Positions 21,922 through 32,508 of a stretch of 64,000 bases of DNA are shown one piece after another; position 1 is the stretch's first letter, and each line of letters opens with the position of its first letter. The notes below the pieces were generated by a model. The model was not told the origin of the DNA, did not search any database, and saw only the letters and a list, made by a program, of their open reading frames with translations. The position numbers and the translations under genes were made by a program. This DNA is from an uncultured Pelagibacteraceae bacterium (GTDB lineage Bacteria; Pseudomonadota; Alphaproteobacteria; Pelagibacterales; AG-422-B15). The DNA lies in NCBI GenBank assembly GCA_902523455.1, contig CABYZG010000001.1:251023-315022 (forward strand), given 5' to 3'.

Positions 21922-22296
21922 TTAAAGAAATTTGAATAAACTTAGCCCAAGATAAAAAGCTATAACTGTAAATGTGAATGTCACAAACAGATATAAAAGC
22001 GAGGCTAAAATTTCTCCGTTGCTGAATAATTGATAAAAATCCAAATTAAAAGTTGAAAAGGTCGTGAAACCTCCGAGGAAACCAATAGTTAAAAACATTT
22101 TTATATTTTGAGATATATTAACTTTATCTGCAAAATAACTAACGACTAATCCCATCAAAAATGCCCCAAGAACATTGACAACTATTGTTCCAAATGGAAA
22201 TGAACTTAAAAATAATCGATCAGTCTGTTCACTTATAAGAAAACGCAATAAAGCTCCGACGCCTCCACCTAAAAAAATGGATAACAAAATACTCAT
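21922..22296 (-). CDS. crcB: fluoride channel CrcB/Fluc
   Basis: 124 aa, 4 TM, with GFLGGFTTFSTF motif. Confidence 0.9.
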   Translation of the reverse strand: MSILLSIFLGGGVGALLRFLISEQTDRLFLSSFPFGTIVVNVLGAFLMGLVVSYFADKVNISQNIKMFLTIGFLGGFTTFSTFNLDFYQLFSNGEILASLLYLFVTFTFTVIAFYLGLSLFKFL

Positions 22297-23138
22297 CAGT
22301 TTATACCGACCAAATGAGCCAGTAATCCAAAGTGATCACTTGGAAAAAATTTATTTTTTTCTGTGCCGACAAGGTTGCACTCAATTGGATGACCTAGACC
22401 ATTAGGTCCAGGTTTACCTAAAAATATGTAATCAATTCGTCGATTATATTCTAAAGTTTTTTTTGCCCAATCATTGCTGTTTGACCAAGTGTAACCAGGA
22501 TCATTTCTATTTGTTAATTTCCATACATCTCTTAAAACAATATCGTTTACTGGCTTAGTTAAACCAGTAATCTTTCTAATTTCATCACTTTCTGGATCCG
22601 CATTGAAATCTCCACACAAAATTATAGGGAATTTTGATTGTTCTAATTTACTAATGTATTCTATTATTTGATTTACTTGATCTTCTCTTACTTGCTGATG
22701 TTCATATTTATAATTAAGGTGAGTGCAAATAACGTTTATCGTCTCACTTTTATATTTTAATGAGAGATGAAGCAAAAATCTTTTTTCATCTTTCTCTGCT
22801 TCAGTCTCAAACATTACAGTATGGTGAGAATTGATTGGGAATTTAGTAATGATTGCATTTCCAAACGCAACACCATCAAACTCAAATGATTTTTCAAAGA
22901 TATAATTATACCCAAGTTGATCTGCGATTATTTTAGCCTGACTTTCATCAGTTTCTTCCCACACTTCTTGTAGACACAAAATATCTGGACAAGAATTATT
23001 GATTTCAGAAATGATTAGATTTTCTCGTTCCTTATAGTTTTCAAATTTCCACCATACATTCCAGGTTAAAAGCTTTATTATCTCAGTGTTTAAATTAATT
23101 GAACTTGCATCTGGATCAGGAAATGATTTATCACTCAT
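22296..23138 (-). CDS. endonuclease/exonuclease/phosphatase (EEP) family protein
   Basis: ILCLQEVW near the N-terminus, GDFNA, and a C-terminal SDHFGL. Confidence 0.8.
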   Translation of the reverse strand: MSDKSFPDPDASSINLNTEIIKLLTWNVWWKFENYKERENLIISEINNSCPDILCLQEVWEETDESQAKIIADQLGYNYIFEKSFEFDGVAFGNAIITKFPINSHHTVMFETEAEKDEKRFLLHLSLKYKSETINVICTHLNYKYEHQQVREDQVNQIIEYISKLEQSKFPIILCGDFNADPESDEIRKITGLTKPVNDIVLRDVWKLTNRNDPGYTWSNSNDWAKKTLEYNRRIDYIFLGKPGPNGLGHPIECNLVGTEKNKFFPSDHFGLLAHLVGIN

Positions 23139-23140
23139 TT

Positions 23141-23596
23141 TTAAGGAAATGCTACCATGATTTGTTCTGCAACATACGCTGGTTTGTCTTGTCCTTCAAT
23201 TTCGAGAGTAGCCTCACTGATTACCTGCGTTCCGCCGTTATCCAATTTGTTTACCTCTTTAATTTTTATTCCCATTCTCACACGGGAATTAACTGGAACC
23301 ATATTTATAAATCTTACTTTATTTAAGCCATAATTAATCATCATTTTGGCCCCTGTAACTGTCCAGATTTTACCAGCCAACGGTACTGATAGAGAAAGGC
23401 TTAAGAAACCATGTGCAATTGTGCTTTTAGTAGGAAGTTCTTTTTGGGCTTTTTCTTCATTAACATGAATCCACTGATGATCATCAGTTGCATCTGCGAA
23501 TAAATTTATTCTATTTTGATCAATTGACATCCAATCTGAATGTCCCATATCTTTACCTTTATAATTTTCTAAATCCTTTACATCCACACTTTGCAT
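23141..23596 (-). CDS. MaoC-like (R)-hydratase, hot-dog fold
   Basis: 151 aa with IAHGFLSLSL. GGAGG lies 8 nt upstream of the ATG. Confidence 0.8.
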   Translation of the reverse strand: MQSVDVKDLENYKGKDMGHSDWMSIDQNRINLFADATDDHQWIHVNEEKAQKELPTKSTIAHGFLSLSLSVPLAGKIWTVTGAKMMINYGLNKVRFINMVPVNSRVRMGIKIKEVNKLDNGGTQVISEATLEIEGQDKPAYVAEQIMVAFP

Positions 23597-23712
23597 AGTA
23601 TACCTCCAAAATTACTAATTATATCTTGAGAATATTATCTAATTAAAAAGATAATTGAAGTTTTATAATGAAAAATATTGATAAATCCATTAATTATAAA
23701 TTCAAGTGAAGC

Positions 23713-24294
23713 ATGAACGATAATCCAGTAAATTTAAAAGGACTAGAAACAATTTATAGTTTCAGCAAAAAAAATAAGCAATCACTGCCGCCTGTAGAAA
23801 AATGGAACCCTCCATTTTGTGGTGATATTGACATGAAGATTTTACGAAATGGAAAATGGTTTTACATGGGCTCTGAAATAAAAAGACCTGCGATGGTTAA
23901 ACTTTTCTCAAGCATATTAAGATTAGATGAAGATACATGCTACTACTTAGTTACACCCGTTGAGAAAGTTAGAATTCAGGTTGAAGATGCACCGTTTGTT
24001 GCTGTGTCCCTTAATAAAGTTGAGATAAGTAGTAAAACTGGTTATCTATTTAAAACAAATCTCAATGAAGAAATTCTTCTCTCTAAAGAGAATCCATTAA
24101 CAATTAAAATTGGAGAAAATTCAGAACCGTCACCTTATATCCTGATCAGAAAAAATCTCCATGCACTTTTATCTAGATCAGTTTTTTATGAATTAGTGGA
24201 TCTTGCAGAGGAGAAGATAGTTGATGATAAAAAATGCTTAGTTATAGAAAGTATGGGTGAATGTTTCAACATTCATGAAGTTGAAAAAGAATGA
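23713..24294 (+). CDS. DUF1285 family protein
   Basis: WNPPFCGDIDMKILRNGKWFY...LVTPVEKVRIQVEDAPFVAV. Followed by a CoA-pyrophosphatase-type Nudix gene and cca, as in other alphaproteobacteria. Confidence 0.75.
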   Translation: MNDNPVNLKGLETIYSFSKKNKQSLPPVEKWNPPFCGDIDMKILRNGKWFYMGSEIKRPAMVKLFSSILRLDEDTCYYLVTPVEKVRIQVEDAPFVAVSLNKVEISSKTGYLFKTNLNEEILLSKENPLTIKIGENSEPSPYILIRKNLHALLSRSVFYELVDLAEEKIVDDKKCLVIESMGECFNIHEVEKE

Positions 24295-24929
24295 TGCCTT
24301 TAGATAAATTGAGGGGTTTATTTGATGGTCCAGAGAAGATATCTCATGAGTATTTTGAAATACTTACGAATGATTTTTTAACAAGACATCATCACCCTCT
24401 AGCAGAAGCTGAAAAAGATAAAGCTAAACTAAATCCATCAGCTGTACTTGTACCCATATGTTATTCAAATAATGAAGTAAAAATATTATTAACTAAAAGA
24501 CTGGATAATTTAAAAGATCATGCAGGACAAATTAGTTTTCCTGGAGGTAAAATTGAAAAAAATGATATGTCTCCAATAGAAACTGCTTTACGAGAGGCTA
24601 ACGAAGAAGTTGGTTTAAGGTCTGATGATGTAAATGTGTTAGGAAATCTTGATGTATATATAACTGGCACAGGATTTAGGATCATGCCAATTGTATCTAT
24701 AGTATCTGATTACTCCTATTTAAAGGCAAATCAAAATGAAGTGGATGAAATATTTTTTCTCCCCTTAGAATTCTTAATGGACTCAAACAATCATAAGAAA
24801 GAAAGTGCCACATATGAGGTAAACAATAAAAAATATGAATATGACTATTACGTTTTACCTTATAAAGATTACAATATTTGGGGAGCAACTGCTGGAATGT
24901 TGATTAATCTTTATCAAATTCTAAAATAA
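24291..24929 (+). CDS. Nudix hydrolase, CoA pyrophosphatase type
   Basis: Nudix box GGKIEKNDMSPIETALREANEEVGL. Overlaps the upstream gene by an ATGA. Confidence 0.82.
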   Translation: MMPLDKLRGLFDGPEKISHEYFEILTNDFLTRHHHPLAEAEKDKAKLNPSAVLVPICYSNNEVKILLTKRLDNLKDHAGQISFPGGKIEKNDMSPIETALREANEEVGLRSDDVNVLGNLDVYITGTGFRIMPIVSIVSDYSYLKANQNEVDEIFFLPLEFLMDSNNHKKESATYEVNNKKYEYDYYVLPYKDYNIWGATAGMLINLYQILK

Positions 24930-24946
24930 TATAAATAATCTGTCTT

Positions 24947-26179
24947 ATGAGTAGATTTTCATCAATCCTAGAACAAAACGATGTTGCGCAAGTTTTTGAT
25001 CTTTTTGAAACCTATCAAAAAAATAGTATTTATGTTGTAGGGGGCTCTATCAGAGACGCACTTTTAAATAGGGAAATCACAGATATTGATTTTGCTACTT
25101 CTTTGAAACCAAAGACTATTACCGAAATACTCAATAAAGAAAATATTAAATTTATTGATGTAGGAATAGATCATGGAACGGTTACAGCAATAATTAATGA
25201 AAGAAAGTTTGAAATTACAACTTTTAGAAACGATATTTTTACTGATGGAAGACATGCTCAAGTCTCATTCTCAAATAGTTTAGAGGAAGATGCTTTAAGG
25301 AGAGATTTTACCATAAATGCAATGTATTTGGATAAGGGTGGAAATTTAATAGACCCTAAAGATGGTAAAACAGATTTAGAAAACAGAGTCGTTCGTTTCA
25401 TTGGAAATCCAGATGAAAGAATAAAAGAAGATTACCTTAGAATACTAAGGTATTTTCGTTTTTTAGCATTATTTGGCGATATATCTCCTGACGCAGAGGT
25501 GATGAAAACAATAAAAGCAAATCTTGATAAGTTATCAGTTGTTTCTAAGGAAAGGCAATGGAATGAACTAAAGTCAATTCTAAGTCTAAATGCTCCAATT
25601 CATGCAATATCTGCAATGAGTGAAATAGGTTTGCTTGATGTTTATTTTGATGGCACTAGCATAAATGATGCATTTGTAAATTTAATTGAAATAGAAAGTA
25701 GAATATCCCTTTCAATTGATCCAATATTGAGATTAAGTACTCTAATTGATAACTCGTTGGATAAAGCGAATACTATCATAAAAAAATTACCTTTATCAAA
25801 ATCAGACTCTACTGACTTATTGAAATTAAGCACACTGAATAAAAAAATCGTTTCTTACATGTCAATGAAAGAAGTTAGATATTTACTTTATCTATTAGGT
25901 CGTGACGGTTTTCAAAAACAAATACTTGTTAATTGGGCTAAGGATACAAATAATAAAAATGAAGTAAATTGGAGATCTCTATATGAAGTTGCTCAAAGCT
26001 GGGAGAAGCCATCTTTTGCTCTAACAGCCAAAGATGTAATAAACATGGGAATATCTCAAGGCCCAATGGTTGGAGACATCTTAAAAGAGGTTGAAGACTG
26101 GTGGGCAGAAAATGATTTTATTGACGATAAGTTTTCATTAATTGAGAGGCTTAAAGCAATCGTTCAATCAAAAAAATAA
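24947..26179 (+). CDS. cca: CCA-adding tRNA nucleotidyltransferase / poly(A) polymerase family
   Basis: GGSIRDALLNREITDIDFAT and RRDFTINAMY motifs. Confidence 0.88.
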   Translation: MSRFSSILEQNDVAQVFDLFETYQKNSIYVVGGSIRDALLNREITDIDFATSLKPKTITEILNKENIKFIDVGIDHGTVTAIINERKFEITTFRNDIFTDGRHAQVSFSNSLEEDALRRDFTINAMYLDKGGNLIDPKDGKTDLENRVVRFIGNPDERIKEDYLRILRYFRFLALFGDISPDAEVMKTIKANLDKLSVVSKERQWNELKSILSLNAPIHAISAMSEIGLLDVYFDGTSINDAFVNLIEIESRISLSIDPILRLSTLIDNSLDKANTIIKKLPLSKSDSTDLLKLSTLNKKIVSYMSMKEVRYLLYLLGRDGFQKQILVNWAKDTNNKNEVNWRSLYEVAQSWEKPSFALTAKDVINMGISQGPMVGDILKEVEDWWAENDFIDDKFSLIERLKAIVQSKK

Positions 26180-26185
26180 TTTTTT

Positions 26186-26677
26186 TTATTTATATAAAAT
26201 TTTCTTAATCTCGTAGTTTTTCTCTCCTTTTGGCGTTGAAACTGATACGAAATCGCCTTTTTCTTTTCCAATTAATGCTTTAGCAACAGGTGATCTGTAA
26301 GATAGCAGACCCGATTCAATATCTGCTTCATCATTACCAACAATTTGAAACTTTGTCTTTGTATCATTATCAATATCTTCAACTTCAACAGTTGCACCAA
26401 AGACTACAGTTTTTTGATTTTTAGGAATATTTGAAATATCAATGATTTCTGCATTAGCTAATAGTAATTGGATTTCCTGAATACGACCCTCAATGTGACC
26501 TTGCTCCTCTTTTGCCGCATGGTACTCTGCGTTTTCCTTTAAATCGCCGTGCTCTCTCGCCTCCGCAATGGCTTGAATTACTTTTTGCCTTTTATTATTT
26601 ATCAAATCGCTTAATTCATCTTGAAGTTTTTTTGCGCCATTTGATGTAATTGGTTCAGTTTCCATTTTTATTTCCAT
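26186..26677 (-). CDS. greA: transcription elongation factor GreA
   Basis: [16 protein letters not shown] motif. The start could be the second Met (26665). Confidence 0.92.
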   Translation of the reverse strand: MEIKMETEPITSNGAKKLQDELSDLINNKRQKVIQAIAEAREHGDLKENAEYHAAKEEQGHIEGRIQEIQLLLANAEIIDISNIPKNQKTVVFGATVEVEDIDNDTKTKFQIVGNDEADIESGLLSYRSPVAKALIGKEKGDFVSVSTPKGEKNYEIKKILYK

Positions 26678-27471
26678 TTAGCATTAGGAGGCATTGACAT
26701 TAAAATTGCATCAATATTACCACCGGTGTTTAAGCCAAATTTTGTTCCTCGATCGTATAAAAGATTATATTCCACGTACCTCCCACGTTTCAATAACTGA
26801 ATTTCTTTATCTTTTTTTGTGAACTTTTCATTCATTTTTTGGCTTATTATTTCTCTTACAATATCATTAAAAGTTAAGCCAACGTCCTTAACAAAATCAA
26901 AATCTTTTTTCCAATCATCCATTTTATAGTCAAAAAATATTCCGCCAATTCCTCTTATTTCTTTTCTGTGGGGTAAATAGAAATATTCATCACACCATTT
27001 TTTATAATTTTTGTAATAAGATTTATTATGATTTTCACACATTGTTTTTAATTTATTATGAAATTGTTTCTTTAATTTAGCGTCTTTAAAACATGGAGTG
27101 GCGTCAATACCGCCACCAAACCAATTTTTACCCGTTATTATGTGCCGAGTATTGAAATGTAATGCAGGAACCTTTGGATTTGCTGGGTGAAGCACTACAG
27201 ATACTCCTGTGGACCAAAATTTTTTATTCTTTTCAGTTCCTGGAATTTGTTTTGCAAATTCTTTTGGAAAGGTACCTGTTACATTTGAAAATGCTATACC
27301 GCCTTTTTCGATTACATTTCCCTTAATTATTCTATATTCACCTTTTTTCCATTTATTAGTTTTGAACCTTGCTTTTGATCCATTTTTTTTTTCGAGTTCA
27401 AGTACAGTCTCACAGATTAGATCCTGCAATCCCTTGAACCATGCTTTAGTCATCTTTTTTTTATTTAACAT
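26668..27471 (-). CDS. hemF: oxygen-dependent coproporphyrinogen III oxidase
   Basis: [26 protein letters not shown] and [12 protein letters not shown] motifs. Confidence 0.88.
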   Translation of the reverse strand: MLNKKKMTKAWFKGLQDLICETVLELEKKNGSKARFKTNKWKKGEYRIIKGNVIEKGGIAFSNVTGTFPKEFAKQIPGTEKNKKFWSTGVSVVLHPANPKVPALHFNTRHIITGKNWFGGGIDATPCFKDAKLKKQFHNKLKTMCENHNKSYYKNYKKWCDEYFYLPHRKEIRGIGGIFFDYKMDDWKKDFDFVKDVGLTFNDIVREIISQKMNEKFTKKDKEIQLLKRGRYVEYNLLYDRGTKFGLNTGGNIDAILMSMPPNAKWK

Positions 27472-27472
27472 T

Positions 27473-27916
27473 TCAAAATAGTTTTAACTGTCTGTTTGCC
27501 TCAGAAATAACTATAGCTGAAGACACGGCAACATTTAAAGATCTTGCGGAACTGTTCATTGGTATTCTTATTATTTGGTCAGATTGTTTGTGAACGTAAT
27601 CTGGTACTCCCGCACTTTCTCTTCCAACAATTAAATTATCATTACCCTTAAACTCAAAATCATAGTGACTAAGTTTTCCTTTTGTAGACAACAGTATTTT
27701 TCTTCCTTTTCTATTTTTCTCGTAGTGCTTCCAATCGTCAAACTCTGTTAAATTAATATTTCTACCATAGTCCATTGCAACTCTGCTTAGAGATTTTTCA
27801 GACATTGCAAATGAGGCTGGATGAATAATATCAATATTGACGCCGAAACAAGAGCAAATCCTCACCATTGCTCCAGTATTTTGAGGTATATCAGGTTCAA
27901 AAATTGCTAAGTTCAT
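27473..27916 (-). CDS. trmL: tRNA (cytidine/uridine-2'-O)-methyltransferase TrmL (SpoU family)
   Basis: 147 aa with IFEPDIPQNTGAMVRIC and a C-terminal SLNVAVSSAIV knot motif. Confidence 0.85.
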   Translation of the reverse strand: MNLAIFEPDIPQNTGAMVRICSCFGVNIDIIHPASFAMSEKSLSRVAMDYGRNINLTEFDDWKHYEKNRKGRKILLSTKGKLSHYDFEFKGNDNLIVGRESAGVPDYVHKQSDQIIRIPMNSSARSLNVAVSSAIVISEANRQLKLF

Positions 27917-28052
27917 CTAATTGATATTTTATAACTTTTTAATCCTAATATATGCGTCATCATGACACAATTTTTAGCACTTCAGATTGCCTTTTTCCCT
28001 TAAAAAACGACGATTTACAAGTATATTAGCAATATAACTCAAGGATATTAAG

Positions 28053-28562
28053 TTGTCAGAAAAACAAGTTACAAGAAGAAATTTTCTTTATGTCACTACA
28101 GGTGCATTTGCAGCTGCGGGAGCCGCTTCATTAGCATGGCCTTTCGTTGACCAAATGAACCCTGATGCATCAGTTAAAGCGTTAGCATCAACTGAGATTG
28201 ATCTAAGGCCCATAATACCTGGACAAAGCATTACTGTGATGTGGAGGGGTAAACCGGTATTTATTAGAAGGCGAACACAGGCTGAAATTGATGAGGCAAA
28301 GAAAGTGAATTTAGCTGATTTACCGCACCCAGAGGAAGATAGCGATCGAGCAAAAAACCCTGAATGGCTTGTTATGGTTGGAATTTGTACCCATCTTGGA
28401 TGTGTGCCGCTTGGACAAAAAGGTGATTATAATGGTTGGTTTTGTCCATGTCATGGTTCTCATTATGATACATCAGGTAGGATAAGAAAGGGACCTGCAC
28501 CTACAAATCTTGAGATTCCGGATTATGTATTCTTAAACGAAACTACTATTAAAATTGGATAA
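28053..28562 (+). CDS. petA: ubiquinol-cytochrome c reductase Rieske Fe-S subunit
   Basis: TTG start, Tat-like TRRNFL, and Rieske boxes CTHLGCVP and CPCHGSHYD. Confidence 0.93.
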   Translation: MSEKQVTRRNFLYVTTGAFAAAGAASLAWPFVDQMNPDASVKALASTEIDLRPIIPGQSITVMWRGKPVFIRRRTQAEIDEAKKVNLADLPHPEEDSDRAKNPEWLVMVGICTHLGCVPLGQKGDYNGWFCPCHGSHYDTSGRIRKGPAPTNLEIPDYVFLNETTIKIG

Positions 28563-28568
28563 AAAAGT

Positions 28569-29828
28569 ATGAGCGAAAATTATGCACCTAAATCAGCTGT
28601 TGGAAGATGGTTTAATGACCGTTTACCACTTTTAAACTTAATTTATGGACATTTACTTCCATATCCAACGCCGAAAAATTTAAATTATTGGTGGACATTT
28701 GGTGGAATTTTAACTTTTTGTCTTGTTACCCAAATAATTACAGGACTTGTCCTAGCAATGCACTATGTTGCTGACGCCGACTTAGCTTTTGCAAGTGTAG
28801 AGCATATAATGAGAGATGTTAATTATGGGTGGTTATTAAGATACATACATGCAAACGGTGCATCACTATTTTTTATGGCGGTGTATATTCATATGGCAAG
28901 ATCTCTATTTTACGGCTCATATAAAGAACCAAGAGAATTAATCTGGATAATTGGTGTGTTTATATTTTTACTCATGATTGCTACTGCCTTTATGGGGTAT
29001 GTGCTTCCGTGGGGCCAAATGAGTTTCTGGGGAGCTACAGTTATAACAAATTTATTCAGTGCAATTCCTTTGGTAGGTGAGTCAGTAACTAACTGGTTGT
29101 GGGGAGGTTATGCTGTTGGTAGCCCACTTTTAACTAGGTTTTTCACATTACATTACCTGATGCCTTTCCTGATTTTTGCCCTAGTTATACTTCATGTTTG
29201 GGCACTACATGTGCCTGGTAATAATAATCCTGAGGGTATTAATGTTGTTCAAGGCTCTCAAGATACAGTTCCTTTCCATCCTCATTACGTTGTAAAAGAT
29301 ATGTTTGCACTTGTTGTATTCTTAGTTGTATTCGCGGGCTTTGTATTCTTTGTCCCTAATTTACTTGGACATACTGACAACTATATTGAAGCTAATCCTT
29401 TGCAAACTCCGGAACATATTGTCCCAGAATGGTATTTTCTTCCATTCTATGCAATCTTGAGATCTGTACCAGATAAACTCGGCGGAGTAATTTTAATGGT
29501 TTCTGCAATTGCTATTTTAGCATTCTTACCTTGGCTGGATACTTCAAAAGTTAGGTCAGCAAAATACAGACCTCTCTATAGACAGTTTGTATGGCTTTTC
29601 TTTGCTAATGTAATATTGCTTGGTTATCTAGGGGCTCAGACTGCTGATGGTCTATTTCTGATTATTGGACGAATTGCTACCGCTTATTATTTTGCTCATT
29701 TTATAATTATTTTACCTCTACTTGGTTATATTGAAAAAACCAAACCTTTGCCTAAGAGCTTGAGTGAGCCTGTTCTTTCTCCCGAGGAAAGACAGATGAA
29801 GGCCGCTGCCTCTGGAGCCAGTGCTTAG
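28569..29828 (+). CDS. petB: cytochrome b
   Basis: 419 aa with typical cytochrome b motifs, including [13 protein letters not shown]. Confidence 0.95.
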   Translation: MSENYAPKSAVGRWFNDRLPLLNLIYGHLLPYPTPKNLNYWWTFGGILTFCLVTQIITGLVLAMHYVADADLAFASVEHIMRDVNYGWLLRYIHANGASLFFMAVYIHMARSLFYGSYKEPRELIWIIGVFIFLLMIATAFMGYVLPWGQMSFWGATVITNLFSAIPLVGESVTNWLWGGYAVGSPLLTRFFTLHYLMPFLIFALVILHVWALHVPGNNNPEGINVVQGSQDTVPFHPHYVVKDMFALVVFLVVFAGFVFFVPNLLGHTDNYIEANPLQTPEHIVPEWYFLPFYAILRSVPDKLGGVILMVSAIAILAFLPWLDTSKVRSAKYRPLYRQFVWLFFANVILLGYLGAQTADGLFLIIGRIATAYYFAHFIIILPLLGYIEKTKPLPKSLSEPVLSPEERQMKAAASGASA

Positions 29829-29838
29829 CTATTGATAT

Positions 29839-30615
29839 ATGAAATTTATCATAAATTTATTTGTATCTTTCTCATTGCTACTGAGCTTTAGCTTCACTCA
29901 ATTACATGCTGCTGGTGAAATGAAAGAGCCTATGCATCCTGATTGGTCATTTGAAGGACCATTAGGAAAATTTGAGAGAGCGTCGCTTCAAAGAGGGTAT
30001 CAAGTTTATACCGAAGTCTGTTCAGGATGTCATTCAATGAACCTTTTAAGTTATAGAAATCTAATTGAAGAGGGTGGCCCTGAATTCAGCGAGTCTCAAG
30101 CTAAAGCAATGGCAGCAGCATTTGAAGTAAAAGCTGCTCCAAATGCCGATGGAGAAGTTGAAATGCGTCCTGCAATATTATCTGACAAGTTTGTTAGCCC
30201 ATATGAGAATGAACAACAGGGAAGAGCTGCAAACGGCGGTGCTTATCCGCCGGATTTATCTGTAATGGTTAAAGCACGACATGGTGGAGCAGACTATTTG
30301 TACTCTTTATTGTTGGGTTATGTTGATGCACCAAGTGATATTAAACTCGATGATGGTGTTTATTACAATGAGTACGCAAAAGGCCAAAAAATAGCGATGC
30401 CTCAAGTATTGTATGAGGATGCTGTAGTTTACACAGATGGAACAGCTGCAACGCCAGAACAAATGGCACGGGACGTCACAATGTTTCTTACATGGGCAGC
30501 AGAACCAAAGCTAGAGGCGAGAAAAAGAATCGGTTTTAAGGTAATTTCATACTTATTAATTCTTTCTGTATTACTCTACTTCACTAATCGACAAATTTGG
30601 AAAGATACTCATTAG
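29839..30615 (+). CDS. petC: cytochrome c1
   Basis: Signal peptide, heme site CSGCHSM, and a C-terminal TM anchor. Confidence 0.92.
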   Translation: MKFIINLFVSFSLLLSFSFTQLHAAGEMKEPMHPDWSFEGPLGKFERASLQRGYQVYTEVCSGCHSMNLLSYRNLIEEGGPEFSESQAKAMAAAFEVKAAPNADGEVEMRPAILSDKFVSPYENEQQGRAANGGAYPPDLSVMVKARHGGADYLYSLLLGYVDAPSDIKLDDGVYYNEYAKGQKIAMPQVLYEDAVVYTDGTAATPEQMARDVTMFLTWAAEPKLEARKRIGFKVISYLLILSVLLYFTNRQIWKDTH

Positions 30616-30764
30616 TCTATTTTCTAAAAACAATTGATTTTCAATTATTTAAAAAAATAATTTTAAGTAAATTATCAATATCCTTATCCACAGAAACATT
30701 TTATCGATCTCGATTACTTCATTTTGGTAATGTAAATTATATTCTTACTAAACGGAGGAACTGA

Positions 30765-32054
30765 ATGTTAGAAAATATTTTTAAATTAAAAGAGAACGGT
30801 ACTAGTGTAAAAACTGAGTTATTGGCAGGTTTAGCCACGTTCTTAACAATGGCATATATTATTGTCGTTAATCCAGCCATCTTATCTACTGAGGGAACCG
30901 GTATGGATTTTGGCGGTGTATTTGTTGCCACAATCATAGCTGCTGTGGTTGGCTGTCTAATAATGGGCCTGTGGGCTAATTGGCCAATTGCCCTAGCACC
31001 TGGTATGGGTTTAAACGCTTTCTTTGCTTTTGGAGTTGTATTTGGAATGGGTTATACCTACCAGCAGGCTCTTGCCGCAGTGTTTATTGCAGGGATAGTA
31101 TTTTTAATTTTGTCTGTAACACCGGCACGTCAGTGGATAATAAATAGCATACCAAAAAGTATGAAGTTTGGCGTAGGGGCAGGCATAGGATTGTTCTTAG
31201 CTATTATAGGATTAAAAAATGCTGGCGTGGTTGTCGATAATCCCGCAACTTTAGTTGGTTTAGGTGATGTAAGTTCAATGCCTGTGATATTGGCTGCTGT
31301 CGGATTCGCAATTATGGCAATTTTAGATAAGCGTGGTGTTCCAGGATCAATTATCATCGGTATACTTGCAGTAAGTATTATTGCTTGGGTAAGCGGTGTG
31401 AGCGCAATTGATGGAGTTGTGGGATCAGTTCCACCAGCTGTTCATGCGTTCTCAATGGACTTTAGCCTTGTAGCAACAGCAGGTTTTATTGGTGTCGCGT
31501 TTGCTTTTCTTTTTGTAGACTTTTTCGATACCGCTGGAACTCTTACTTCAGTTGCCAATTTAACTGGTAAAGTTGACCAAGACGGAAACGTTGATGGGAT
31601 AGGTAGAGCAGTTTTAGCAGACTCCACGGCTACAACAATAGGTGCATTAGTTGGAACTTCCAATACTACATCATACATTGAATCTGGAGCAGGTGTTAAA
31701 GAAGGTGGGCGAACAGGACTTACAGCGGTTGCTGTGGCAGTTCTATTTGCAATCTGTTTATTTTTAGCACCATTAGCTCAAAGTATTCCTGCGTTTGCAA
31801 CTGCTCCGGCTCTAGTGTTTGTTGCAACATTCTTTTTGAAAAACCTAAGGGATATAGAATGGGATGACGTCAGTGAATATGCTCCAGCAGTGTTAGCGGC
31901 AGTTTTGATGCCTCTTACATTTAGCATTGCTCATGGAATTGCACTTGGTTTTATAGCATACGTTGTAATTAAAGCACTAAGTGGTAGACACGAAGATCTA
32001 AATGCTGGTTCGATAGTAATTGGAGTATTATCGGTACTATACTTTATCTTCTAG
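30765..32054 (+). CDS. NCS2/AzgA-type purine (adenine/guanine/hypoxanthine) permease
   Basis: 429 aa polytopic protein. N-terminus TSVKTELLAGLATFLTMAYIIVVNP is typical of the AzgA/PbuG group. GGAGG lies 7 nt upstream. Confidence 0.85.
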   Translation: MLENIFKLKENGTSVKTELLAGLATFLTMAYIIVVNPAILSTEGTGMDFGGVFVATIIAAVVGCLIMGLWANWPIALAPGMGLNAFFAFGVVFGMGYTYQQALAAVFIAGIVFLILSVTPARQWIINSIPKSMKFGVGAGIGLFLAIIGLKNAGVVVDNPATLVGLGDVSSMPVILAAVGFAIMAILDKRGVPGSIIIGILAVSIIAWVSGVSAIDGVVGSVPPAVHAFSMDFSLVATAGFIGVAFAFLFVDFFDTAGTLTSVANLTGKVDQDGNVDGIGRAVLADSTATTIGALVGTSNTTSYIESGAGVKEGGRTGLTAVAVAVLFAICLFLAPLAQSIPAFATAPALVFVATFFLKNLRDIEWDDVSEYAPAVLAAVLMPLTFSIAHGIALGFIAYVVIKALSGRHEDLNAGSIVIGVLSVLYFIF

Positions 32055-32059
32055 TTTAG

Positions 32060-32506
32060 TTAATGATTGGCTTTGTCTTCCTCATCCCAGGGGAAGACAG
32101 GCCAAGTTTCTTGTGTGATTTCCTCAACATATGTATCAGCTAGAGGTAGACCTCTTGGTTTCGCATATATTACAGCTAAGTGCATATTAGGCATATATTC
32201 CTTTAGCGCTTTAGCGGTACCGCCCTTATCAACAATATCATCTATGACGAGTACAACTTCATCAGTTTTCGGAGCCCTGTGAACAATTGCTTTTCCAGCC
32301 TCTCTATGAATATAACTTTGTATGGAAACAATATCTACGTCTTGGATTCCAAGAGTGTAAGCGACAACTGAAGCAGGTACAAATCCACCTCGAGAGACAA
32401 CAACCATTTTATCAAATTTAATATTTTTTTCTTTTATGAGATGCGCAAGCTTAACCGCTTTTTCGTGCATTTCTTCATATGTAGGAAATTCTAGTTTATG
32501 GTCCAT
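32060..32506 (-). CDS. gpt: xanthine-guanine phosphoribosyltransferase
   Basis: 148 aa with PRPP motif VLVIDDIVDKGGTA. Convergent with the purine permease. Confidence 0.85.
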   Translation of the reverse strand: MDHKLEFPTYEEMHEKAVKLAHLIKEKNIKFDKMVVVSRGGFVPASVVAYTLGIQDVDIVSIQSYIHREAGKAIVHRAPKTDEVVLVIDDIVDKGGTAKALKEYMPNMHLAVIYAKPRGLPLADTYVEEITQETWPVFPWDEEDKANH

Positions 32507-32508
32507 GG

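Noticed and set aside
23597-23712. Possible fluoride (crcB-motif) riboswitch upstream of the maoC-EEP-crcB operon.
   Set aside because: Neither strand shows a GC-rich pseudoknot core. There is only AT-rich promoter-like sequence and a GGAGG SD.
27955-27965. 11-bp palindrome GTCATCATGAC and a TTGAT-N4-TATAA FNR-like half match in the trmL/petA divergent spacer.
   Set aside because: Both are too short or degenerate to distinguish from chance in AT-rich DNA without comparative data.
30616-30764. Possible purine riboswitch upstream of the NCS2 purine permease.
   Set aside because: The conserved purine-riboswitch core elements (UAUA...GGAUAUGG...UUUCUACC...CCGUAAA...GACUAUA) are not present. The leader is plain AT-rich DNA with a GGAGG SD.
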